The notes under the pieces are model-generated. The model worked only from the letters and a program-made list of their open reading frames with translations, was not told where the DNA came from and searched no databases. This document shows, in pieces, positions 1 through 12,633 of a DNA stretch of 64,000 nucleotides. The DNA is from Octopus sinensis. Lineage: Eukaryota. The stretch is from the NCBI RefSeq assembly GCF_006345805.1, contig NC_043007.1:8122001-8186000 (forward strand), read 5' to 3'. Within the stretch, counting starts at the first letter, position 1; every line of letters starts with the position of its first letter. A program made the position numbers and the translations under genes.

Positions 1-360
1 CAGATAAGGGATTGGTAAAAACTACAAGGATTGAAAGATTTTTGAATACAAGACTGATAAAGAATTATTGTTTAGAACAACCTCATTGCTTTAACACTAT
101 TCCCAATAAACCAAGGATTGGCTCTACGTCAGCAACACTGTGAATTATCATTGTACTACTACTACTATAACTATTTCCCAATTTAATCTTAATCTTCTTT
201 AATCCATTTAAGTGATATGTTAAGTCTCCTCCTCCATCTTTTTTCATTTGGAACCTAAGAGATTGATAATTCTGTTTGTCATCTTTTGAAATGAAAACTT
301 TTTATAGAGTGTAGATAGATTTTATTCTATATACTGTACCTTTATGTATGTATATGTACA

Positions 361-362
361 TA

Positions 363-410
<48 letters not shown>
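361..410. repeat. (TA)n microsatellite (representative of many TA/CA/GA/ATT/GAT tracts)
   Basis: Directly visible; comparable tracts at 24489-24525 (GT), 32221-32440 (TA/CATA), 38605-38660 (TA), 39690-39900 (CCT/CT), 40137-40175 (ATT). Confidence 0.95.
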
Positions 411-413
<3 letters not shown>

Positions 414-674
414 TTGTGACCATGCCCGGCATTTTGCCACCATCTCCATCCAGTGGTCTCCCATTCTCTCTCTCTCCTTCTCCTGCACTTCGCTCAGGTT
501 GGGCAACCGTGTATTTTCTTTATGGTAGCACACCTGTTTCTGTCTTCATACCTGATATTTCTCTCTGGCCGGGTAACCTTAGACATCTATATCTGTCTCA
601 CTATAACCTTTTCATCATCACCTCCTCCAATGCCTCATCCCCTCTTAAAAGTTTTTTTCTTGCAAGTACTTGGT

Positions 675-980
675 GACCCTGTCAGTGCAGGTGCCACTTA
701 AAAGCACCCAGTCCACACTGCAATAAAGTGGTTGGTGTCCAAAAGGGCATCCAGCTGTAAAAACCTTGTCAAAACTGACCTCGTCTGTGCTTGTGTCACA
801 TAGAAAGCACTAAGTCCACTCTGCTGAGTGATTGGTGTTAGGAAGGGCATCCAGCTGTAAAAACCCTGTCATAAAAGTCACAGAAATCTGGTGCAGGATC
901 CAGCCTGGCCAGCTCTTGTGGTACCATCCCACCCATGCTAGCATGGAACACGGATGTTAAATGATGATGATGATGATGAT
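675..980 (+). mobile_element. RTE-type 3' end fragment with internal duplication and (GAT)n tail
   Basis: gtggttggtgt..ggaagggcatccagctgtaaaaacc...catgctagcatggaa..gttaaatgatgatgat, homologous to the LINE 3' UTR. Similar fragments near 12660-12870(-), 14850-14950, 15390-15500(-), 16290-16500, 16700-16985(-), 20858-21000, 29960-30150(-), 38790-39000(-), 51470-51720(-), 60158-60337. Confidence 0.75.
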
Positions 981-1080
981 ACAATGAATTCTCTTGTCGT
1001 AAATGGCAAATGAGGGTTCAGTAAAATAAAGTAGTAATCGTGTTCTATGGACATGAATGTGTTTCTTGGGGCCTGCTGGT

Positions 1081-1320
1081 GGCTTGCAGACCATTTTGCA
1101 AATGCACATATTTATATATATTCTCGAATAACTAAGCCATCAATAACGATGGTAGGTGTTTTACTAAACTTTGTGATAATTACTAAAGTTTGGTTTGTAT
1201 GTATGAATATTTGATTTTTTTGATTTGCGGGTATTGTTGAAAAATGTACATGATGGAAGTTGGTGTGTGTGTGTATGTATGTATACATACACACATGCAT
1301 TCAGTGTGCCTGCAAGGTCA
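1081..1320. mobile_element. Unclassified MITE-like element; second, truncated copy at about 4120-4310
   Basis: About 190 bp shared with 4120-4310; short inverted ends (cttgcagac / gcctgcaag); tggt direct repeat at 1077-1080 and 1321-1324. Confidence 0.5.
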
Positions 1321-2466
1321 TGGTAGGATTTCAGGACTATTCATTGATGTAACACTACACATTTCCTATCCATGTTGAATAAGGGAACAACTGATGAAGT
1401 TTACTTACAGTTTAGCACAGTTCAATGTGGCTTCCATTTGTTGCCCAGCACACATCCAATTGATACTCCAGTCGGATGAAGGAGGAAAACTTTGCTGACA
1501 CACTCTCTATATACATGTATCTACTAGATACACACACACACAGAATTCCTTTTTTAGCAGTGTTAAATTTAAAGTGGGTAAAGCTGCTATAAATAATGGC
1601 ATGCAAATATTAGGTTGGAATCCTGTTGGATTGAAAGAGTCAAAGACTGCCTTCACCGTTTCCTATCCAAAGGTTCTTTAACCCAATTCTATCTATAGTT
1701 TTATTTGCTTCAAGATTCACCCTGCTTAGAATGTATTGTTTCACACTCTTAAAATTTCTAATTTATGATATCAATAGTATATTTGTGTGTGTGTGTGGGC
1801 ATCCAGCCATAGAAACCATGTCAAAGCAGATATTTGAGCACAACTCAATCCCTGACTCGTTAGGTTCCTTCGAAATATCTATCCTATACCAAGATGGGAG
1901 TTGGTTGGTCATTGCTTGTTCTTCTTTTCTCATCTGATCTTTCTTGGGATTCTTACATGCAATCAATTGGTAGCTCTGCTTTCTGTAAGGTTATGCCATT
2001 TTTTAAAGTTAAACGACTACCTCTCATCTGAGGCCATTTTGCATCTTTGTATGTCTGCAATTTGTCCTTGACTGGAATTTTGTTGTCATATTCACTCATG
2101 TGCATCATCTTGTCATGTGGATCTCCTCAACTAATGTTTTAAATAAGTTTCTAATTTGAGGCAATATTTCTGTGGTTAGATGCTTTTACTGTCACCAACA
2201 CTCACTTGTTACTAAGCAAGATAATATTATACAGCTTAATAGCTGGACATGTTTCCACAGACGATTAGCAAATGAATAACATCATAGTCTTTCTATGAAT
2301 GGTGGACTGGTTTACAATTATTGTGAAAATGTCAAGACTAGGAGGCACACACGGGCTCTCTCTCTCTCTCTCTCAAACACACACATTTACATACATACAC
2401 ATATTTGTGTGTACATATATATGTATGTGTTAATGCATATGCATGTATGTGTATATATATCATTAT

Positions 2467-2835
2467 GGCACTCCATTGGCTATGACAACGAGGGTTCCAA
2501 TCAACGGAACAGCCTGCTTGTGAAATTAACATAGAAGTGGCTGAGTACTCCAGACACATGTACCTGTAACGTAGTTTTCAGGGAGATTCAGTGTGATACA
2601 GTGTGCGACAAGGCTGGCCCTTTGAAATACAGGTACAACAGAAATAGAAAGAAAGGGTGAGAGAAAGTTGTGGTGAAAGAGTACAGCAGGGTTTACCAGT
2701 AGCCCCTGCTGGAGCCTCGTGGCGCTTTAGGTGTTTTTGCTCAATAAACACTCACAATGCCCTGTCTTGGAATTGAAACCACGATCCTATGACTGCAAGT
2801 CGACTGCCCCAAGCAGTGGGCCATTGCACCTCCAC
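2467..2835 (-). mobile_element. SINE family D, older copy
   Basis: Colinear with 18495-18880, CpG-depleted. Confidence 0.85.
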
Positions 2836-4363
2836 ACATACATACATTATTCATTTATTTATGTGGCAGCTTTTTTACCGGTGGTTAGGTTGCTGTGATA
2901 TCTCTAAGCCTCGTGATTTAGAGGAAGTAATATTGTTACTTTATTCAATAAAAATAACAAAAATATTTTAAGATCTGATAATTTGAATATTTTCCATCTC
3001 TCCCTTTCCATGTTTTCCTCCTTCCTCATCTTTCTCTCTCTCTCTCTCTCTCTCTCTTCATTTAATGTTGTTCCCTGCTCAGAGTTGGAATATTCCAGAT
3101 TCCTGATCGATTCTTTATGACAGCCAGTCATTATCTATTTATCTATCTACCTATTTATCCAGTCTTTGTAAATAAAATATTTCATTTTTATAATTATCAT
3201 TTCACAATCTCCAACCTGCAACCAATCTTTTTTGCCTTCCAAAAAAGCTATATTTGCAATGGCAGGACGTAAATTGGCTGGAAAGATGTCGATTAGGTGG
3301 AGAATATCTTTTTCTCTATCCATGTCATTTCCAATCAAACTGACATACGATCAATCATACATTCTCGAACCTTAGTTTTCTTGCTTTCTTGTATTGTTTG
3401 TAGCATGAACTGAGAGCAGATGGACTGGTATTTCTAGCAGATCAAGCTACCATGTAGGGAGCATCTCCTATTGGTCCATGTTGCCATGTCTTGATTGAAA
3501 TAATGTGTTTCCAGTCAAAAGTACTCAATACATCCCACAGTTTTCTGATCAAATAAATTATATTCACAGATTTGCTGCTTTGAAATTTGTCTTTGGATAT
3601 TTAGAGCTAAAACATTGGAACAAGGCTCTTCTGTTAGTTAGTTAGTTGTGCTATTTGGTCACATTTCTTTGTTCTGAGCTCAAAACTCATTGGAGGTCAA
3701 GTAATGCTTCATTCTTTTATGGTTAATGAAATAAAGCACCAGAAGTACAATCATAGATTATTATTATAAAAGAATTAATTATTATTATTATTATTATTGA
3801 GGCAGCAAGCTGGCAGAACCGTTAGCACATTGGGCAAAATGCTTAGCAGCACTTTGTCCATTTTGTGTTCAAATTCTGTTGAGGTTGACATTGCCTTTCA
3901 TTTTCAGGGTTGATAAAATATCGGTTGAGTACTGGAGTTGATGTAATTGACAAGACCCCCTCCCTCAAACATGCTGGCTTTGTGCCAAAATTTGAAATCA
4001 TTATTATTATCATTATCAAGGTGGTGAGCTGGCAGAATTGTTAACACACTGGGCAAAATGCTTAGCGATATTTCCTGTGTTTGTTCTGAGTTCAATACTT
4101 TGTCTTTCATCTTTGCCAGGTTGAGAATAACTAAACCATCGATAATGATGGCAGGTGTTTTACTAAACTTTGTGATAATTACAACAGTTTGATTTGTATG
4201 TATGAATATTTGATTTTTTTTGTTTTGCGGGTATTGTTGAAAAATGTACATGATGGAAGTTGCTGTGTGTGTATGTATACATACACACATGCATTCAGTG
4301 TGTCTGCAAAGTAACCAATGGGGTGCCATAATGACATCTATATATATATATATATATATATAT

Positions 4364-4526
4364 AGGTGTAGGAGTGGCTGTGAGGTAAGTAGCTTGCTTA
4401 CAAACTACATGGTTGCAGGTTCAGTCTCACTGCATGGCACCTTGGGCAAGTATCTTCTACTATAGCCTCGGGCCAACCAAAGCCTTGTGAGTGGATTTGG
4501 TAGACAGAAACTGGAAAAAGCCCTTC

Positions 4527-4568
<42 letters not shown>

Positions 4569-4789
4569 GTATGTATGTTTGTGTGTCTGTGTTTGTCCTC
4601 CCAACATCGCTTGACAACGGATGCTGGTGTGTTTACGTCCCTGTAACTTAGCGGTTCGGCAAAAGAGACTGATAAAATAAGTACTAGGCTTACAAAGAAT
4701 AAGTCGATTTGCTCGACTAAAGGCGGTGCTCCAGCATGGCCACAGTCGACTGAAACAAGGAAAACAAGTCGACTGATACAAGTAAAAGA
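4364..4789 (+). mobile_element. SINE family B (CORE-like head + central (TA)n(TG)n + conserved tail)
   Basis: gtaggagtggctgtg...gttcagtc B-box, ggcaccttgggcaagt CORE-like block, tail ending gactga..caagtaaaaga. Other copies: 10500-10760(-), 13205-13370, 15775-15935, 17543-17950(-), 20243-20600, 22475-22822(-), 37530-37860(-), 54085-54410(-). Confidence 0.82.
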
Positions 4790-6565
4790 TATATATATAT
4801 ATATATATACATACATATATATGTACACACAAATATGTGTGTGTGTGTATGTAAATGTGTATATGTGTGTGTGTGTGAGAGAGAGAGAGCCTTATAGTAA
4901 TAATATAATTATAGTAATAAATTGTGAAACTACAGTAGTGACCGAGTAAATAATAAGAGAGGGATTATAGTAATTATTATTATTAAGGCAGCAAGCCAGC
5001 AGGATCGTTAGCAGATCAAGCGAAATGCTTTACAGTATTTTGTCTACTGCTGCATTCTGAGTTCAAATTCCACCGATGACAACTTTGCCCTTCAGCCTTT
5101 CGGGTCATTGAAATAAATGCCAGTTAGACACTGGAGTTGATATAATCGACTTACTCCCTTTACACCTCAAAATTTTCATGGCCTTGTGCCTGTAGTCAAA
5201 TAGGATTATTTCTATTATTAAGACACTGAGCTGGAAGCACCGTTAATATTTTAGACAAGATAGTTTGTGGCATTTCTTCTGGCTCTTCACATTCTTTGTT
5301 CAAAATACTGCCAGGATCAGCTTTTCATCTTTTCAGAGTTGATAAAATTAAAGTGCTGGGGTTGATGAGATCAATTAACCCACTTCTCTCAAAATTCCTA
5401 ACCTTTTACCAAAATTTGAGGCAATTATTATTCTAACTCTTTATACACTAAGTTCAAATCCTGCAGAGATCAGTGTTGTCTTTTCCACAAGTTGATAAAA
5501 TAAAGTACCAGTCAAAACCTGGGTTCATGAAATTGATCAACTCCTGCTAAAAATTGCCGGCTTTGTGCCTAAATCAGAAACCATCATCATCATTATCATC
5601 GTTATTCCTCTCATCCACTCAGCATTTCATTGTTGGTCTGCCAGTATCAGATGGCTAGATATATCTAACACTTCTCTTATAATCCTTGCTGAGCCAAGCT
5701 AAAACAAGGCTTTCTATAGAATCGCATTGTTCTTCTTCATATCCAGCATCTTCAAACAACCATTTCAACTTCTTGCAACTGTTCTTAAGGCTCTTATTAC
5801 AGTTGCGATAATGACAACTTTTGGCAATTCCAAATTCTCTGAATTTCATATATTACGTCCTGATAGTTTTCTATTATTATTATTATTGTTATCATCATCC
5901 CCATCACTCCATTAACGTACTTTCACCTTGGTTATTCAAGGAGAAATATGCCTAATTAGGGCCTATTTATTAAGTTAGTTATTGATTGGATCTGGTGGCA
6001 TATCTTAACATTTGGCTAATATTTTTTTATTCTTTATTTTTTTGATATTAAATTTTTTTTAAAATTATTTTATGAAATTTGTTTTTTCAATCTTATAAAA
6101 TTGCTTCACAACAGCAACAACAATAGCAACAACAAATATGCTCATGGGAATTGTTGTTTTTGTTGTTTTAATTCTAGTTTTTACTTTTGTTTTTGCTATT
6201 CCTGTTGTTGTTGTTTGTTGTTTTTGTTCATACTTTTGGTGTATATTTAAATGTTATTGTTGGTTTTCTTGTTTTGCTTGTTTATTGCAAGGTTGAATGG
6301 TTAAGTAGTTGGCTTTGTGACCATCAGGTCTTGGGTTCAATCCAACAGCACGCAGCATCTTGGGAAAACATTTTTTACCATAGCTTCAGGTCACCCACAA
6401 GCTTTGTGAGTGAAATCAGGTTGACAGAAATTCTGTGTGTGTGTGTGTGCATCAGTCTAATTGGCCCATTTCATAGCAATCTGCTGAAGATTGTCCATGG
6501 TCCTTTAATACGAATTCACTGTTTTAAATGTTCAAAGAATATAAACCTGAACATAGATATGCATG

Positions 6566-6828
6566 TGCTCTCTCTCTCTCTCTCTCTCACTCACTCACTC
6601 ACTCACTCACTCACTCACTCACTCTCTCACTCTCACTCACTCACTCACTCACTCACTCACTCACTCACTCACTCACTCACTCACTCCTCACTCCTCACTC
6701 ACTCACTCACTCCTCACTCACTCCTCACTCACTCCTCACTCACTCCTCACTCACTCACTCCTCACTCACTCACTCACTCCTCACTCACTCACTCACTCCT
6801 CACTCACTCACTCCTCACTCACTCACTC
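6566..6828. repeat. (CT)n + (CACT)n/CACTCCT microsatellite
   Basis: Directly visible; source of the HSLT-rich ORFs. Confidence 0.97.
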
Positions 6829-8204
6829 CAAAACCACCATTCTACTGTCCACTTTTTCGTACTTTCATGGATTCGACCAAATTCATTGAGATAGATTTTC
6901 TACAGCATGATGATGTTCCTGTTTTCATACAAAGTAATATTTCTCCATGGCCAGACATGTTTTTGTAGAATATCGGAAATTGATGACTTGGCTAGCATGA
7001 CAGACACAAAATGTCAAGACCCAAACTCATCGCACACGTCTGTCTGTCCATCCATCTATCTATCCAACTGTCTATCTATCTATCTAATCTGTTTTTCTAT
7101 GTCTCCTGCCCCTTAAATCTAGTCACACTGGGACTGTAGTAGAAGACATCTGCCCAACGTGTCTTACAGTGGGACTGAACCTGAAACCACCTGGCAGAAG
7201 ATAACTTCTGAACCACACAGCAATATGTGTGTGTACATGTATCCTTCTCTGGCTATTCTGTGGAATTGTAAACCAGCTTCAGCACACTTCAGGTGATGCT
7301 GGTCATTTGCCATCTTCCACGGAAAACCTGTCCCCTGCCATTTTGCCAGTTTAATGCTGAAGGGCCGCCTCAGGGGTAATATTAGGTTGTTTGGAAACAA
7401 GTTTGGGCTGGCAATGGTGACCACTGGGCTATGCTAAACCTACCTCAATGTATTCTGTTTGACCCATGGAAAAATGGATTTTAAAATGATTATGATATGT
7501 ACAGCAAGCTTCTTTCAGTTTCCATCTACCAAATCCACTCTTACGAATTTGGTTGGCCCTGACTACAGTAGAAGTACTAGCACAAGATGCTGTGTGGTTG
7601 GACTGAACCCGAAACCATAAAATTGAGCAGCATTTGGGGAAATACCTCTGGATTCGTTCTGGTTCTTTATATTTTGGGTTCGAATCCCACCAAAGCCAAC
7701 TTTACCGTTTAATCCTCCAAAGTTGATAAAATAAAGCACCAGTCAGTGCTGTCTTAAGGCATGAGCTCATTGGGAAGTTGCTCCGGGAGGTGGGGTGCCT
7801 CACATGTCTAGGGGCCCAGTTCTAATCTATGTGTGCCATAATCTTGCTGTCAATGAATAGATACTATAGTGCCCAATGCCCTGATTTTCCTTGGGGGTCC
7901 ATAATGCTACTAAGATGACCCTGGTACCAGTTATGTCCTGGGGTTGACATTAACACTCTCTTCTCAAAATTGCTGACTTTGCACTTAAATCAGAAACAAC
8001 CGTTGTTGTTGTTGTTGTTGTTCTTACTTGTTGGTCAACTTCATTTTTTCATCTTTCTATGGGGATGGTCACTAAAAGGATGCATTAGCTAAATATAGTT
8101 GAACCAGATCAACTATATCTCGATCTCCCTTCTCCTCCCACCCTTTTTGCTTGTTTGAAATATTATGCTTTGTATTAATTTTTTTTCTTTTTCTTTTTTT
8201 TTAG

Positions 8205-9161
8205 TTCCTGAAATTAATTTTGTAGAGGATGCTTATAATATTTCTGTCCAAAGGGATTTGGCAGAGCTGGCAGACACCTATGCTAACAGCAACTACCATT
8301 CCAATGATATGACCAAACTTTCATCAGACGAGGAAAAAACTAAAAAAGAGAACGTTGTTGATACACCTGGAAATTTACCTGACGAAAGGAAGAGAGTTTT
8401 ACCTCTCGAAGAAAACAGTAGACTTTCAGGTAAACCTTATATTGAAGGGGCCAAATCTCAATCATTGGGGATGACCCTTACAGAAGACCAAGAAATGAAT
8501 GGGTATTCAGACTCAAAGAGAAAGCAAGTTGGAATTCCCAGTAATAGGGGTAGCAGTGAAATACCCTTAATAGAGAACGTCAATAAACAGACACGACTTG
8601 TTTATACACCGAAAACTGGCAGCCTAAATTCTTTAAATAATTCTCAGTATGTGAATGTTGATTCCTTTCAGAATCCCTATGAAATGGAAGACCGAGGACC
8701 CCACCGAGAAATGGCAGTTGATTGCCCTGAAAACTTTATTGGCACTGTCAAGTCCACTCCCCGGTATCCACCACCATCTTCGACCCCTACAAAACCTAAA
8801 ATATCCTCTCCCCAACAATCTGCTAGTAACTCAAGGGAGAATTTGTCAAATGAAGCTATCTATAAGAATACCAATACTTTGCCACAGCGACTTCCAACTC
8901 AAGAAGAACTCCAACGTGCTCAGATGCACCAAGAATACCTCAACAAGAGAAAGGAAGAGGAAGCTCGCCTCGAACGAGAAAATGAGTTCTTGCGGAAATC
9001 TCTTCGGGAATCTCAAAGGTTGCGAGCATTAGAAAGCAAACAGGTGTCGAAGCCCCCCACCGGATATGTTAATACAGGCTTCACTGAAGACGCCACCGAC
9101 AGCAAACTACCCGTCACATCTAACCAAAGCAGTAAACAAGAGTACATGACCAAAAACATCA
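8205..9161 (+). CDS. MPP5: PALS1/MPP5/Stardust homolog, large N-terminal exon carrying ECR1 and ECR2 (957 nt, phase 1/1)
   Basis: Acceptor (t)n-ttag at 8201-8204 and donor A|gtaagt at 9161/9162; open frame throughout. Encodes PHREMAVDCPENF (Par-6-binding ECR1 of Stardust/PALS1) and KRKEEEARLERENEFLRKSLRESQRL (ECR2-like). The ORF-track ATG at 8165 is intronic. Confidence 0.92.
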
Positions 9162-9783
9162 GTAAGTGATTTTATATTTTTTATGTCTTTCTATTGTCTT
9201 GTATGGCAAATTGGCAGAACCATTAATGCAGAACGTCTCTCTTTTTCTTTTTAAGTATTACTCCTTTTCTTCTATAAACATTTTTTCTACACCCACTTGT
9301 TATGACCCAATAAACCTTCCTCCATTGTTTTGACTCTCATTCTTTTCCTGTGACTAATGCTTCTTCCGTGTCTCATTGCTATGATTCAAAGCACCGCCAC
9401 CCATTTTTAATGTTCTTACTCATAGTATCAGATCAGCATAACTTAGTTCCAGATTCTAGTTTGGTGTCAAAGGCTGCTTACCCCAGCACCACCACCACTC
9501 TGATGCAAATGAATACTTCTAAGCTTGGTTAGGTTAGTTGGTCCCCATTGCTCTGTAAGGGGTGTGGCCCCCGGTTTCCTGGTTTCTCTGATGTGTATGT
9601 CCCTCCTCTGGATGGGAAACCAGTCCCTCACAGGATTACTCCTGAGTGGACTGGAGCCATGTGAAATGAAGTGTTTTGCATTACCCTGTCCAGGAATTGA
9701 AACCACAATCTTACAATCATGACTCCATCCCCCAACCTCTAATCCATGCTAGACATAGGTGGTATATATTCAGTTTTGGTTAC

Positions 9784-10511
9784 TTACTTATTCACATTTT
9801 GAAGTCTATTATTATTGATTTTGTTGTTTTTATTGGGATTTTTATTGTTGTTGTGATTGTTGCTAACAAGCAGTTTATCATTGATATTAAATTTAATATT
9901 CTTACTGAAGTTAATATTTAACTCTTTAACTGTGTAATTAAATTTCATGGTCACTCTTGTAATGATGTTAATTATCCACCAAAAAAAATAGAATTGATAT
10001 TTTCTGCTTCTGAAAGTAATTGATCTTTGCATTGTAAAACAATATTTCCTGAAATATATGGTGGCAGGATCTGAAAAGTTGACTTTTGTAAAATGTTTTA
10101 CTGGGATGTCTGCATTTCTCACAGAATAAAGAGAGGATTTCTTTTGAACCCCCGGATAAAACTGCTTTCCATAACAGAATTCAAGGAGTAAAAAATCTGT
10201 ACAAATTCAGCTTTTGTCTGCCTCCATGCTGCATCCTTTGTCCCCAGTTGCCATAAACCAATTTTCCTCAAGGGATGGAACAGCTCATTTTTGAGAAGCA
10301 CTTTGACAGAACATAGAACAAAATAAATTCCTGGAGGTAGTTGTTCTAGCTCCCCCCCCCACCTCTCTCCCTGCTCCAACTTTAGCCATGTTGTTACCAT
10401 ATTCCATTTGAAATACACTGCCAGGGCTTCTGTTTTAAAGCCTTGTATTTTTTCTATTTGTCTCTTTTGCTGGACTGCTAAGTTAGGGAAATGTAAACAC
10501 ATCAATGGCAT
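9784..10511 (-). pseudogene. Two abutting antisense ORFs, probably one frameshifted relic
   Basis: ELEQLPPGIYFVLC...RGFKRNPLFIL / VRNADIPVKHFTKVNFSDPATIYFRKYCFTMQRSITFRS; overlap at 10119-10122. Confidence 0.35.
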
Positions 10512-12427
10512 TTGTTAAGCAGTGATGAGGGACAAAGACACACACACAGAGGCTTCTTTCAGTTTCCATATACCAAATTCACTCACAAGGTTTTGGCTGG
10601 CCCGAGGCTATAGTAGAAGATGCCTCATGTGCCACACCATGGGACTGAATCCAGAACCATGTGGTTGGGAAGCAAGCTCCTTACTCCTCAGCCATGGTTG
10701 CACCCATGGTTTTCTTTTACTTGTTTCAGTCATTTGACTGTGGCCATGCTGGAGCACTGCCATTGGTTGGTTATTTTGCGTGTAATTTTCTTTTGCAGTC
10801 AGAAGTGGAGAGTCTGTAGAGCATCAGAAAAAAATGTCTTGCAGGATCTATTCTGGGTCTGTATGCTCTGAGTCTAGAACCCACCAAGGTCATCTTTGCC
10901 TATCACCTCTCTGGTAATTGGTAAAAATAAAGTACCGGCCAAGTACAGGGGATGATGGTATTGATTGAACCTTTCTCTTCAGAATTGCTAGCTTTGTACA
11001 TAAACCAGGACGGATGGTGAACTGGTAGAACCATTAACATACCAAACAATAGGCTTGGCAGCATTTCATCTGGTCTTATGTTCTGACTTAAATTTCACCA
11101 AAGTCAACTTTGCATCTCATCCTCTCAGGGTCAATATATAAATATCAGTCAATTTTATAATTGACTCCCTCCTTCCCTCAAAAGCTGTTGATCTTCTCTC
11201 AAGATTTGAAATCATCATCATTCTTATTGTTATGAAGGCATTGAGCTGGCAGAATCGTTAGCACGCCGGACGAAATGCCTAGTGGTATTTCATCCATTGC
11301 TACGTTCTGAGTTCAAATTCTGCCATGGTCAATTTTGCCTTTCATCCTTTTGGGGGTCAATAAATTAAGTTCCAGTGAAACACTGGGGTCGATGTAATTG
11401 ACTTGTCCCCTCCCACCAAATTTCAGGCCTTGCACCTTTAGTAGAAAGGATTATTATTAAGGCAGTGAAACAAATACCAATTTAAAAAACAAAAGTTACC
11501 TTAAAGTAAAATAAAATAAACAAATTTATCATTTGTATAACTTCTCCCATAACTATGGTTGTTAACTCCCTTGCTCCCTTGTCTTCTGTTTCTTCAATTA
11601 TTTCTCTCCCACTGTGTGTAGCATTTCTTTACACATTGCCTGCCACAAAGCCTAGTATGCATGCGCACTCATTCTTCACTTGTGTTAACTCTCTGTGTCT
11701 GTCTTTTATCCCCCCTCTCTTATTGCCCTCCTGGGGGCAGTGTAAAGTTCAAAGAAAAGTGGGGCAATAATGGGGGTAGTGATTCATGTAAAAACAACAA
11801 AATAATAGGTTCATTAGGTTAAGTTTTATTTGTGAAATAAAATTGCTTTGAATTCGTTTCAGAAAGAGGTCTGTGTTTTTGGTGGTTAGTTGGGGTGTTG
11901 GTGCTAGGAATGTGGCCCAGCTGTCAAAGGAGCAGCAACCCAAAAGAGTTTGGGAACCACTAACGTAAAACATGCCTGAACAAATTTAACCAACGCACAG
12001 TTATATCAGCCATTATTATATGGAGACTTTTGCATTGCATGTGTGAATTTATTCCTATTGCACTCCAAAGTGTTTTCGCATTGCCCTGAATATAAGGTGT
12101 ACTTTACAGTTCAAATCATCCCTAAATACTGAAATCTGTGTTGCTATGCACTATTATTACACAAGTCAGACCAGTTTCACACTGTCCTAGTTTGTATACA
12201 TTGTACAGGGTGGCCCAAAAGTAGGCTTACAGTTATTACGTAGCTGCTTTAAATTTCTTTTAAAACATTTTATTACATTTAAATTCTTTCTCTGATGAAG
12301 GCCTAAGAAAACTAGAAACTAGTGATATCAGTCACGTACTTTCAATCCACAGAGAAATATATTCTTTGGAGTAAGCATTTTATTTCCTTTCCATAGTGTG
12401 GATAAAAAAAAATATGGTTAACTTTAA

Positions 12428-12633
12428 CCCATTTGTTACCATATTTCTTTTGAGATGCTCTGTTTCTTTCAGTTAATTTTAAATATAACAAAGAATTTAG
12501 TAAAATAACTTGGTTGTTAGGAACATAAATTGTGACTAATGTTTGGTGGAAAATTTTAATTAAGAACTTTTGAAAACAAGACATTTGTACCAGAGAGCCA
12601 GAGGCAGTTTCAGCCGGGTTGGTGTCGAAAGGA
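12428..12633. mobile_element. piggyBac-type MITE
   Basis: TTAA at 12424-12427 and 12634-12637 with degenerate CCC..GGG TIRs; homologous to 61643-61860. Related ends near 21640-21827, 50499-50700, 53260-53482. Confidence 0.65.

Larger units (their letters stand above)
83..5849 (-). pseudogene. Fragmented decayed antisense coding sequence broken up by SINE/MITE/microsatellite insertions
   Basis: Stop-poor, protein-like pieces in the non-repeat gaps: 5849-5655, 3610-3500, 3340-3150, 2130-1820, 1760-1560, 301-83. Identity not established. Confidence 0.4.

Noticed and set aside
342-701. YIYIYI/VCVC-type ORFs here and at many other sites
   Set aside because: Products of (TA)n/(TG)n tracts and SINE bodies.
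6187-6968. Three overlapping long ORFs rich in HSLT/THS repeats
   Set aside because: Translation of a stop-free (CACT)n microsatellite; no splice signals or protein features.
10125-10187. Possible 63-nt cassette exon (cacag|NKERISFEPPDKTAFHNRIQG|gtaaaa)
   Set aside because: Phase 0/0 inside a phase-1 intron would break the frame; weak donor.
12292-12323. CTGATGA...GAAA-CTAGT hammerhead-like string
   Set aside because: No helix I or helix II pairing and G at the cleavage position; at best a highly decayed relic.
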